Assembly: GCA_977018835.1 (NCBI GenBank)
Contig: OZ361256.1
Coordinates: 5,766,001 to 5,830,000 of the forward strand
DNA: 64,000 nucleotides
DNA from: Minutocellus sp. GHC0000111
Taxonomy: Eukaryota
Reading direction: 5' to 3'
Below, one piece after another: positions 36,438 through 46,439 of the stretch. The notes below the pieces were generated by a model. It was not told where the DNA came from. It saw only the letters and a list, made by a program, of their open reading frames with translations, and did no database searches. How positions within the stretch are numbered: position 1 is the stretch's first letter; each line of letters begins with the position of its first letter. Position numbers and translations under genes: made by a program.

Positions 36438-36683
36438 GGTTGCCTTCTCTTGAGTGAGTGGTTTGTTGCGCCGCCTTTTGCTGGATGGATTGGATGGATG
36501 GCTGGATCTGCAAGCAGCACAAGATCACTTAGGTCTGTCCGTCTTCAGTGCAGAAATCGCCTCTGGCGCAAACTCCTTCATTTTTTGTGAAGAACATAAA
36601 TACACTGTACAAGAAACGCATGCCATGCATGAATTGCGCCGGCCTTACTGACCTACTAGTACGTGTAGCTGCGTAGCTCGACT

Positions 36684-36710
36684 CTGCTGCTGCTGCTGCT
36701 GCTGCTGCTG
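36684..36710. repeat. (CTG)9 microsatellite
   Basis: Nine perfect CTG units ending 15 nt upstream of the ATG at 36726. Confidence 0.95.
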
Positions 36711-36725
36711 CTTCTGCCCGCCAAC

Positions 36726-37203
36726 ATGTCGTCGACGTCGACGTCGTCTTCGCCGTCGCCCTCGTCACCAGAAGAACGAGAAAGGCAAAGGGTGGCCGAC
36801 CTCCTCCGCTTCGCTCGTGCGAACCACGAGCGCAATCCGACCGACAGCCTCGCGGCGCTGCTGGAGGCCATGCGACTTGGCGCCCCCTCCAAACGGCGGG
36901 GGGAGGCTGCGGCCGAAGCCGCCCTCTCCCAGGTCCGCGCCGCGGTGGGCGACGCCATCGCCGACCACGTCACCGACGTCGACGCCAGGAGGTGGCGGGC
37001 CGCAGTCGACCATCCTCTTCGAGCAGGGGAGGGAGGACATACTCCGCCAAACCATGGAGGATGGCAGCAGCGTCGTTTGCACCAGCTGCGGCGGGGTGGT
37101 CCCCTCCGACCGATGGCGGCAGCACCAGCTGTACTGGTGCGACGCCATCGTTGCCAAGGACGACGCCACGGACGACGCCAAGGACGAGAACGACACCTAC
37201 TAG
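36726..37203 (+). CDS. Small protein with a C-terminal C2HC zinc finger; frameshift at ~36985-37005
   Basis: N-part …NPTDSLAALLEAMRL…; C-part STILFEQGREDIL…DGSSVVCTSCGGVV…RWRQHQLYWC, resembling plant/algal C2HC finger proteins. Confidence 0.7.
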
Positions 37204-37248
37204 TGGACACACTTGCTAGCTACGTTCCTGCTCGGGGTGAGGAAGGAT

Positions 37249-38204
37249 ATGACGGCGTCTATCTTCGAAGACAGGATTCTATCGGGTGGTGATGAGGCTG
37301 CTGCTGTTGGGGCCGATGAGAGTGGCGCAGCCGGCGTGGAGGCCCTTCGCCGTCGACAGGTCAAGATCAGCAAGGAGGTTAGGAAATGTCTCTGCGAGCA
37401 AAAGTGGAAACCATCCAATTCCTTAGGCAACCTGCTATCTGCTTTTGGCTGTGTCAATGGCGATAAGACTGACTTGGAGAATATTTTCCGCAAGTTCATT
37501 CCGAGCGCTGAAAAGCCTCCTGCTAGGGCATCGGTAGAGGACTATTCCCTCATGTTGTCATTGTACCAAATGCAACCTGGACTTAACTATGTTTCGGTCC
37601 TATCTGGTTCGAGTGCCCCTGAATTGACGTATTTTCTCAAAGGAGAGGATGCTGCTCGCTTTCTCAGAAATGGAGAGTCGGGCTGGTTGGAGCTTGGCGA
37701 TCGTATCAAGATCGGTACCTATGAATGCGCAGATGATCTGTATGAGGCTTGCAGTGGTAGGAGCGATCCATTGAGGTACCTAGGTACATAGTATCGGCGG
37801 TGCACGTCATTAGGAAATCAGATGGCAAATCTTGTGAGCTCGATCGTCAAAGCTTCGTCACCCTCGATCATATGTCAGAGGGACATGCTGTGTCCGAAGG
37901 CTTCGTTTACATTTCTGACATGTCCGAAATGATACATGTTGGCAAGTTGAACCAAATCCTCGGTACATCATTGAGCTGGGAGCTTGTATCGAAGGCTTTA
38001 TCTATTGGTCGACGGCTTCGAACCATTGTGTTGCAAAACGATGACGGAAGCGTCGATCACTAACTTACTCATGTTGACGTTACTGCAATTATTCACGAAC
38101 ACGGTGAAGATGAAGACGAAGAAAAAAATTCTGATCTTGAGCATCAAAAAGAAGGCGTAACTGTGGCAGACTTTATCGAACAGCTCGATGTTGAGTGGAA
38201 ATAA
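37249..38204 (+). CDS. Hypothetical protein (possibly degenerate); frameshift at ~37790 and in-frame TAA at 38061-38063
   Basis: ORF 37213-37791 is followed by ORF 37800-38063. That frame stays open after the TAA to …GVTVADFIEQLDVEWK* at 38204. Confidence 0.5.
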
Positions 38205-38499
38205 CTTTTGAATTGATTTTGGATTAGGTTTTTTTTCATCACGATAAAATAGGGTCATTGATAAGACTTCCGATACGGCTTTACGCCAACCAGGTCTCCA
38301 AAGTAGAAGATCGCTTAATGATGTGAGCGGCCTTTTTCAATATCTAAATAAAGCCGAAAGGCATGGTAGTAGAGATGGCCAATGCACAAAGATAAATACA
38401 TTGCAGCGGTGCCTGAAACAGAGCATCGCCTCACTTAGTGCTGCTTCCAACTCTCCAAGAGGCGTCGAATCGCCGTTGCGTCCTCTTGCCGTTTCTTAT

Positions 38500-39816
38500 T
38501 CATTGGCACGACAATACCATTTCTCTGTTGGAAGGAGGCTTTATAAATCCTTTCTCCTTCTCCTCCCGCTCAATTTCGATGGCATACTGCAATGGTGTTT
38601 CACCGAGTGCATTCACCAGCGATGGGTTAGCTCCTTTGGCAAGTAAATGACGCACACCTGAAAAGCTGCTAGCTGCAATAGCAGAATGTAGAGGACGCAT
38701 TCCTTTGAGCCCGATTGCGTCGACACTACCGCCAAGGTTGATGAGAAGATCTATGAGCCATTCACGATGAAAATATTGACAAACTACGTGTATCATCGCG
38801 TCAAAATTTCCACCGCGGCGAAGAATACTTTTCAACCGATCAACATCACATGCTTCCTCGCGATTCTTGACAGCCATTGTTTCGGCAACATGCATGTACA
38901 GCTCCTTGTCCAAATCCGAGGGCTCTTCGTCTTCTTTTGGCACAGCTACTTCATGCACATGAATCTTATTCTCGGCGATATCCTTTGAGATCAAGCTTTC
39001 CAGAAATTGCTCTCTTTGTCTGTCTTTGGAAAACAAGAAGACATTTCGAGCACGCATCGCGCTGGTAATGAACCAAACGCTTGCCTTTTTGCCGACGGAG
39101 CCTGCCTGGACAAAACCCATCCGGCCAAAGTGACGGGCGAGCTTGGTGTTACCATTCGTGAGGGACCTACGCTGGGCGTCCGTGAGAACCGTGGAATCTG
39201 ATTCATTGGCACCGTTACATAGTAGTCCTAGAACATCATTGCCCTTCCACTTGCAACTATCTGGGTCAAGGACCTCCGCCACTAGGGCGGCAAAGGTCCA
39301 GTAATCCCTTGCAAAACCCATGAGCTCGTGAACCATCATTAAACCAAGATCCTTACCGTGGTAGTCGGGATGAACTTCGATGAGGTAAATGTGCAGAAAC
39401 GACCCAGCTCCACGGCGGTCTTCGGTTCCTGGGGCAAGGGCGGGGTGGTCAATGTTATTCGCTTCGCCATTTGTGCTAAAGATCATTTTTGCAAGCTCAA
39501 AGGTTTCATCCGAAATAGCGTCGGAGTAATGATAAAGATTTCGATACGAATATTTGAATGTTCGATCGACGAGGTAGCACTTAATGTAGCCAATTTTCTC
39601 GCTCTTGGCCTTTTTCTTCGGTGGCGATGAGGTGATAGATATATCTTTCTTCTCAGTACTTCCGCTGATATATTTCAGAGTTCCGCTCAGCTCGACACCG
39701 GCGTCGTCTTCACAATCGAGACCACCCCTGACGGTCATGGTAAACTTATAGTGACCATCGTCGCCAGGTAAACGGAAGATGGCGGTGCCGCTATCGCCCA
39801 CGTGTGGTAGTGCCAT
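38500..39816 (-). CDS. GNAT-like acyltransferase fold + C-terminal ankyrin repeats
   Basis: FLHIYLIEVHPDYHGKDLG (motif A-like) and LARHFGRMGF (motif B-like). Ankyrin repeats GMRPLHSA…LLAKGANPSLVNALGETPLQYA. Confidence 0.65.
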   Translation of the reverse strand: MALPHVGDSGTAIFRLPGDDGHYKFTMTVRGGLDCEDDAGVELSGTLKYISGSTEKKDISITSSPPKKKAKSEKIGYIKCYLVDRTFKYSYRNLYHYSDAISDETFELAKMIFSTNGEANNIDHPALAPGTEDRRGAGSFLHIYLIEVHPDYHGKDLGLMMVHELMGFARDYWTFAALVAEVLDPDSCKWKGNDVLGLLCNGANESDSTVLTDAQRRSLTNGNTKLARHFGRMGFVQAGSVGKKASVWFITSAMRARNVFLFSKDRQREQFLESLISKDIAENKIHVHEVAVPKEDEEPSDLDKELYMHVAETMAVKNREEACDVDRLKSILRRGGNFDAMIHVVCQYFHREWLIDLLINLGGSVDAIGLKGMRPLHSAIAASSFSGVRHLLAKGANPSLVNALGETPLQYAIEIEREEKEKGFIKPPSNREMVLSCQ

Positions 39817-40139
39817 AGAAATTTATTTATCTTTCGTCCGTGTGAAAGAATTATGGCTGGCTGCGTAGCTTGCTTGAAGACGAATAATTCGTTGGGATGA
39901 TATACGACGTAATGAGTGCAGTTTAGAATCACAAATATTTGCTGTAAAGAGAGGACCTCCGAGAAAGACTCACGCAACGCAACACCGAAACCTTGTCCCT
40001 TCGTCAAAGCATTTTAAGAGGTAAACGTGAATCTCTCGCTCTTTCTTCCACGGTACTCTTTGTGCCGGGAAAATTCTCGTTTAGTGTGGCGGTAAAAAGA
40101 CTGAGAGATGGGGGGAAAATCCTTAGAGGTGCAAATGCT

Positions 40140-41702
40140 TCAAAATGGAACGTCCATCCTCATTTCGCCAGTCGATTCGTTCCAAAAGAAAAAATCCCCT
40201 GTATCAGGATCCTCGACTTGAACCCATTCTGATTCCATTGCTTCAACAGCGTCTTCTTCGTTATCAATGCTCTTGCCTTGTGCAGAATTTCCTACAGAGT
40301 CTTTGGTGTCTGAGTTCTGCTTCGCATTATTACTTGACTCGTTGGACAATTGTTTCTGAGAGACTCTAGATACCGGTACCTGCCTCGTCCTCCCCGCAGG
40401 TTGACCTGAATATCGAGCTCTCCACGCACTGGGATCAACAGATGATGATCGTTTATCCTTTGTCGAATTTTGCTGTGGCGCATCACTCTTCACATTTCGC
40501 TTGGTGTTGCCATCCCTGAAGGTTTGAGCTGGTCCTTCAATCGGTTTCTTCACCACTCGCATCTCCCTCTTCTTGTATATTTTTCTCCCTCCAAACTGAC
40601 CACCATTACCATATCCTATAAGAGGTATATCAGGCGCATAAGGCCGCTTTTCAATGAATCGCTCGGCGTTGCACACTTGGCATAGATGCTTCTTCCCCTT
40701 CCCCAGAGATTTGGCATGATCCAATTCTATCTGCGACAGCTTGCACCCGCACCCATCGCAGGTCATGGCAATATCGCGATTAGCATTGGGGCTGTTACTT
40801 GTAGACTGATTTTTGGCCGCGCCACCATCTCCCTTGGAAGGTAATGATGCCATCATTTTTTCCATCTCTTGCTCCAGCTTGGCCAACGCCTCATCTCGGT
40901 GGCGTCGGTATGATTCATTCCGTTTGCTGGCAACGAGCTCCTCGATCTTCTCCTTTGGTTCGATCGTTGGCATCTCGGCACCGCCACCATTATCTTCGCT
41001 ATTCTCACCCATCATGACTCGTCGATGTAACTCTTCATCCACCTTGTCTTTGTTGTTCCCCTGCTTTGATGCCAAAGAAAGGAGGATTTCATCCGAGCTC
41101 ATATTCGATGGCAAGGGTGTATTGTCCATCAACTCGGGCGGTATCGGCGGAGCATCGTTCTCCAACAGTATCTTGGTGATGCGCTCGTAGGCGTCTGCAC
41201 CCGCTCCACTACCAGCAGTATTTCTGCCACTACCTGGAACTTGTATCGATCCATCTCTGCCAAGTCCCATTGAGGCTCTTTTGTAATCCGCCTCTGATAA
41301 AATGGGTGCATCACTATCATCATCATTCTTGTCTTCATCTAATTCTTGGCTCAGTCGTTCCTCGATAGATGCACTATATTCGTACAGCGGTCCTTCCGAT
41401 GGGAATTCGGCCCTTAGCATAGTTGAATCGTTGGTAGAACTGGACGCAAGTCCGTCGAGGCTGAACAGACCAGAGATGGATGGCGGTGGTTGGGCTTCGT
41501 CGTCACGCTTACCTTCGTCATCGGCGTTGCTTGGCGGCTGAGATCCCAGCCATGTTTTTGGTTCACGTCGATGTGACTGGGAAACAAAAGGGGTCATGTG
41601 TTGCACGGGTAAATTGCCAGCAAAGCCTGTGGGGACTGAGGACAAGCATGATATGAAGGCCGTAGGCTGGCCTGCTGCAGAGGAGAGGGGAGTGGTCGGC
41701 AT
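40140..41702 (-). CDS. Hypothetical protein with CxxC…CxxC zinc ribbon and C-terminal WW domain
   Basis: 520-aa ORF with CDGC…CQVC and EWVQVEDPDTGDFFFWNESTGE. The start is uncertain. Confidence 0.7.
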   Translation of the reverse strand: MPTTPLSSAAGQPTAFISCLSSVPTGFAGNLPVQHMTPFVSQSHRREPKTWLGSQPPSNADDEGKRDDEAQPPPSISGLFSLDGLASSSTNDSTMLRAEFPSEGPLYEYSASIEERLSQELDEDKNDDDSDAPILSEADYKRASMGLGRDGSIQVPGSGRNTAGSGAGADAYERITKILLENDAPPIPPELMDNTPLPSNMSSDEILLSLASKQGNNKDKVDEELHRRVMMGENSEDNGGGAEMPTIEPKEKIEELVASKRNESYRRHRDEALAKLEQEMEKMMASLPSKGDGGAAKNQSTSNSPNANRDIAMTCDGCGCKLSQIELDHAKSLGKGKKHLCQVCNAERFIEKRPYAPDIPLIGYGNGGQFGGRKIYKKREMRVVKKPIEGPAQTFRDGNTKRNVKSDAPQQNSTKDKRSSSVDPSAWRARYSGQPAGRTRQVPVSRVSQKQLSNESSNNAKQNSDTKDSVGNSAQGKSIDNEEDAVEAMESEWVQVEDPDTGDFFFWNESTGEMRMDVPF

Positions 41703-42150
41703 GTTCGAATGTGCTGCTTTTTTTCAACAGATAAGGTCCACCGGAAGAATCAACAGGGGCGGAAAGCTCTCCACAACAAAGCGCGTACTAATATCGGTGA
41801 AATACGTAGTGGCAACTGGCGTTTATTATCGGTAAGATCAGCAGCGGCCAATCCCAAGCGCAACGCCGGACGGTATCTGCATGCATGTCATGTGATGTGA
41901 CTTGCTTGCTTGCTTGCTTGCGCGCAAGCTCTTGCTTTGGTGAGCAAAAGAAACCCGGAAGTGCATCATGCGTTGCCAAAACAGAGTCGAAGAGGGGCCG
42001 GGGCGGCGCGCGAGGATACATACATGTACCTGGCTAGCTACAGTAGTAGGTACGCCTCCACAGAATAGGAATCCTAGCCAGTGCCACGCGAACGCAGAAC
42101 AACGCCGCCTCCCAACAATATTGAGCTCTCCATTACTTCAAGCTTTCATT

Positions 42151-43028
42151 ATGGGCAAGAAGGGTAAAAAGGCGCAGGCCGGTAAGCCGAAGAAGCTCAC
42201 GCCGAAGGAAATCGGGAAGCGGCTCGATGCCCTTGTGCGAAAGCTCGAGGAGGAACTCAAGGGTGCAGATTTATTTGCACCCCTCCCGCCGACGGAGGAC
42301 TGCCCCATCTGCTGCGTGCCGCTTTCGCGCATTAATGAAAAATCTCCTCTTTGGGCATGCTGTGGAAATGTTATCTGTAACGGGTGTAGTGGAGAGAGTG
42401 TTGCTGCTCGGAAAAAGCAAAGCGATATTAGCGGAGAGAAACGGGTGGAACACACATGCCCCTTTTGCAGAGCACCATACCTATCTGGTTTGGGGTGGAT
42501 GAGTCAGGTCGAGGCAAAGGCTTCACAAAATGATGCTAGGGCCATGCTTGCCCTGGGTGGCATTTTCGAGTGCGGCAAGCATGGGGACCGAAAGACGAGA
42601 TGAAAGCCCTTGATTGTTACATTCGCGCAGCCGAACTTGGATCAGCCGCAGCATGCTCACAGATTGGGCGCTACTATGAATTTGGCAACGGGGATAGTAA
42701 GAATATGGGACGATCTACTCTCTTTTATCGGATCGGTGCGTTGAGGGACAGCGTCATTGCTCGTCACGACCTTGGCTCGTGTGAATACGAGTCAGGTAAT
42801 CACGAAGTCGGAATCCGTCATTGGAAAATTGCAGCTGAAGCCGGCAGCCAACCATCTCTCAATCGGCTCAGACATATTTACAATTCCGATGGCAAAGTCC
42901 ATGGAAAAGAATTCATCAGTAAAGATGACATGGACATAATTTATCGGGCCTGTCACGCCGCTCAAGAGGAGGTCGAGAGTGATGAGAGGGAGAAGCATTG
43001 GAGGGTCGAAGACAAATGGAAATGCTGA
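42151..43028 (+). CDS. RING-like zinc finger + Sel1 repeat protein; 1-nt frameshift in a G run at ~42585
   Basis: MGKKGKKAQAGKP…EDCPIC…CCGNVICNGC…CPFCR, followed by Sel1 repeats. Paralog of the gene at 30628. Confidence 0.82.
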
Positions 43029-43190
43029 AATGGCTACTGACAGCTCAATGAAACAGAGCGCCGCTACGTGTACATCCAGCATGTAAGATAGATAGTTTGT
43101 TAAGCATTAGCATCTATTTGTTTTCTATTTATTTGTACAAACAACCCCTCCATAACCGATAACGATTGGTAATCAATCCAGCTTCCAAGC

Positions 43191-46149
43191 TCAAAGGTAA
43201 TAACTCAAAGATTTGGTCATCCCCGAGGAAATGTTCTCAGTTGGATCGGATACCTTGAGCGAAACCTCCATCCCTTGGAGCTCAAGAGTATCACGCCCTT
43301 TTTGGGAGACGCCCTTGTTGTAGTAACATTGATCATCATCTCCGCTGCTCAGCTCCTCTTCGTCGTCACTCAAGCTCTTAGATCGGCTACCACCCACCCG
43401 CTTCACTACAAGTCTGGTGGAATACGAGCCGGGCACACTCACAATCAGGAGCAACATCAAGTAGCAGTGCACCATGTAGAGGAAAAGGCGGTGCGTCAAA
43501 TTCATCGAAGGATCCTTGATGACCCCGATCTCATCCGTCTCTTCCTTTCTTGGTCGGAAAACGCGCCCTCTTGCTGGCCGACGCCGGGTACCTCCAGAAG
43601 TCCGATTGGGTGTGGAATCATACCGATCATGATTGGACTCATCTATTGTGTCCTCTTCATGTTCGTCTTCTTTGGTGAACCTTGCCAAATGAGGAGCGAG
43701 AAATGGCACTCGAGCAGCAAGTATCCGAGTCGCCTCTTGCGGCGCACCCATCATGTCCTCCCAGGCCATCACGCGTCGACGTTCCAATTCTGTGGCAAGC
43801 TTCTGTGCTGAATCGACCAAGCCCTTGGCTGTATTCAGGGAGTTCGAGCGCATCTCCTCGGCATTGCTCTGCGCCCAATCAGCGGCTTGAGACATTTGAG
43901 AGCCAACAAATTCGCTTGCCGAACCAATTTCCCTCAAAACCTTCTTGTCCAGTCGCTTAGGCGTCTTTTTGCGTTCGTCCCCTGACTCATGAGGCAAGTT
44001 AGACGATGATACGCCCCGAACCTGAGCAAGAGGCGCCAATAGAAATGGGAAGCCATCGCAAAATTTATCTCGGGCGTCCATACTCATGGGATCGTCTCCT
44101 CGGAGATACTCATAAAAGATTCCCCGACCAAGCTCTGGATCAGTAAAGACATCCATCACCCGCCCATCGACACGAAGCTCGAGATTTCCACCCTTCTTCC
44201 ACGTAAATACAAGCTCGGTGCCTCGAGCACAGCACGAGGGATCGGCTTTGAACTCTTCCGGCGCAGTCTGTCCACAAGAGCATCGGCTGGGATTGTCATC
44301 GCTTTGGATCTTCTGCAGCATGCGCTCCTCGGCGTCTCGTGGATTCAAACTCGAAGAAATAAGAGCGTTCTTATGCTCGGGAGTCAGAAGCTTCCAGTCG
44401 GCGTCGAGGCTTTGGCGCATGGTCTCGGTGGCGAGCTGCATGTTGATCTTGATGAATAGAGTGCGATCGTAGGAGCCATTTGTTGGTTCGTTGGTCATGA
44501 GGTGGTTGTAAAAATCGTCGTTGGTTCGAAGCTCTTCGGAGGAGAGAGCCGCGAAGGGCGCAAAGCCGGGATCGGCCAAAGCATCACGCTTGGAGACGTA
44601 GAGGGCGCATCCATAGACCTGAAGGTGATGATAAGGAAATGAATAAAAGGCAGAGAAAAGGCAGTAGGAAGTGTTTGTGAGCGCAAGTATCTTGATAAAA
44701 AAATTCAAAGCCGTGAATCCCAAACAAACAACGCACCTTGATCTTGAAGACAGTCCGCGTGTACTGTCCAACGCCCATGAGGGTATGTCTACCCGTCTCC
44801 TTGCGATCGTGGCCAAGATAGTCGCTCAAATCGGTCAAATATTCCAGACCGGTTTCATCGTCCACCCACACACCATCGTTCGATGCCTCAATGTACGGAT
44901 GTTTCGGAATTTTTCGAACCTTGTGTGGAGCATCTCCATGAGGGATGGGACTCTGCACGGACGATTGAGACGGCGGATAGTGCAATATATTGCGATTGGC
45001 GTCAAGACCGACGAGGGAGGAAGCTGCTGCTGATCCGGGAAGGCCGGCACCGAGCTTGGAAGATCGGGGATACGCAACGGCACCTAGGGTGAGAGGGCTG
45101 GCCCCGACCATGTGGGAGGAGAAGGATGCCGAGGCTGCCGTCGCCTTGGCCGGTCGGGTTCGCTGCTGTGGTCGCTTGTTGTTGGTTTTGATGGCCGATG
45201 GTGAGGGAGTGCCGCCGAAGAGAAGTTGCGATGCCGGCTTGAGCTCGGGGAACATTGCCGGAAAGACAATTTCTTGTTCTATCGGTGGGTTGGTCTCTGC
45301 TTCGTCTGGATGGGATTGACATGCTGTTTGTGACGAGTTATCTTCGTCGTTGGTGGAAGAGCATTCCCGTGGCTCTTCTTTGGAGCCATCGTTATCGGAT
45401 GACGCTATTCCTGATGCACTGTTCTCTTCTGGTTCCTCCGGAAGGATTGGCAATCGGGCACTGTCGGTGCTGGTTTGGTACCGTATTAAGGAAAAGTTGA
45501 CCAGGCGCTTCTGGTCCGACTGTGCCGATGCCGTTGCTGGTGCCTCGCTCTCATATGTGGCGCATTGCGTCGCCACGGCAGTCGAGGCGTTGACCCTCCA
45601 TATGCAGTTGGCTCGGGTTCCCTCGTCCAGCAGCAGACTGGAGTCGGCGTCGATGCCGTTCGGCGCCACCTGAGGTGCCGAGTCCAGCAGCAACCTCCGG
45701 AGGGGTTCGGCCGGCCTTTGTATTGCTTGACGGTCGTCGTCGCTATTTTGTCTTTGACTGTGACGCTGCCGTTGTTGCTGCTGTTGTCGTCGCTGTGATA
45801 TTTGTTCTTGCCGTTGCCTCCTTGTAAGAGACAGGCTGATCGCCCTCTCGTCCTGGCTGAGGACGCCGTCGCCGCTGATCCTCCACACCCAGGCCTCGTT
45901 CGAGGTGCACGAGCCCAAGCGCAGGCTGCGCTCTTGGTCGGCTTCGTGGGAGGCTGGTCTGGATACCAGACATTCTCCCTCGTCGGTGCTTTGATCGGCA
46001 TCATCGGCGTTGGCATCGCCATCATTGTCGACATCGCGAGACCGCCTCCGTCCGGCGGAGACATCGACGAGCTCCAGGGCATAGCCCCAAACAGAAGCTT
46101 CGTCGCTACCATCACCGTCGGCATTCCTCACAAGTAATCTCGACAGCAC
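43191..46149 (-). CDS. Chalcone-isomerase-like fold protein with C-terminal TM helix; 5' end uncertain
   Basis: LMGVGQYTRTVFKIK|VYGCALYV across intron 44736-44619, then ELVFTWKKGG…LGRGIFYEYLRGDDPMS. The frame may extend through a TGA (46164-46162) to ATG 46347. Confidence 0.7.
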
Positions 46150-46439
46150 CGACCTACTATCTCATGGGGAGCGTTGTTGATGTTGAGGAAGCTTGGTGTC
46201 GCTTGCCGCTGGTTGTTGCGTGGCGATGGGCCGATTGCCTGCAGAATGTCGGTCGCGGCTCAAAGTTGAAGTGAGGCTTTGTCTTTGGACTTGTTCGACT
46301 GATGAAAACGTTGAGATCACCGAGTGAACCGGATAGGAGGTCTTCATAGGCGGGCAGGCGGGCAGGCTTTCTCTCGCTCGACCCAAGCCCTCATTTTCAA
46401 ACCAGTTGGAGGTCCAGTAAGTGGCAGGCCAGCGCAACC

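Noticed and set aside
37201..37248. Readthrough fusion of the C2HC finger gene into the next ORF (same frame after TAG)
   Set aside because: A one-in-three frame coincidence. The spacer has the TA-palindrome character of intergenic DNA.
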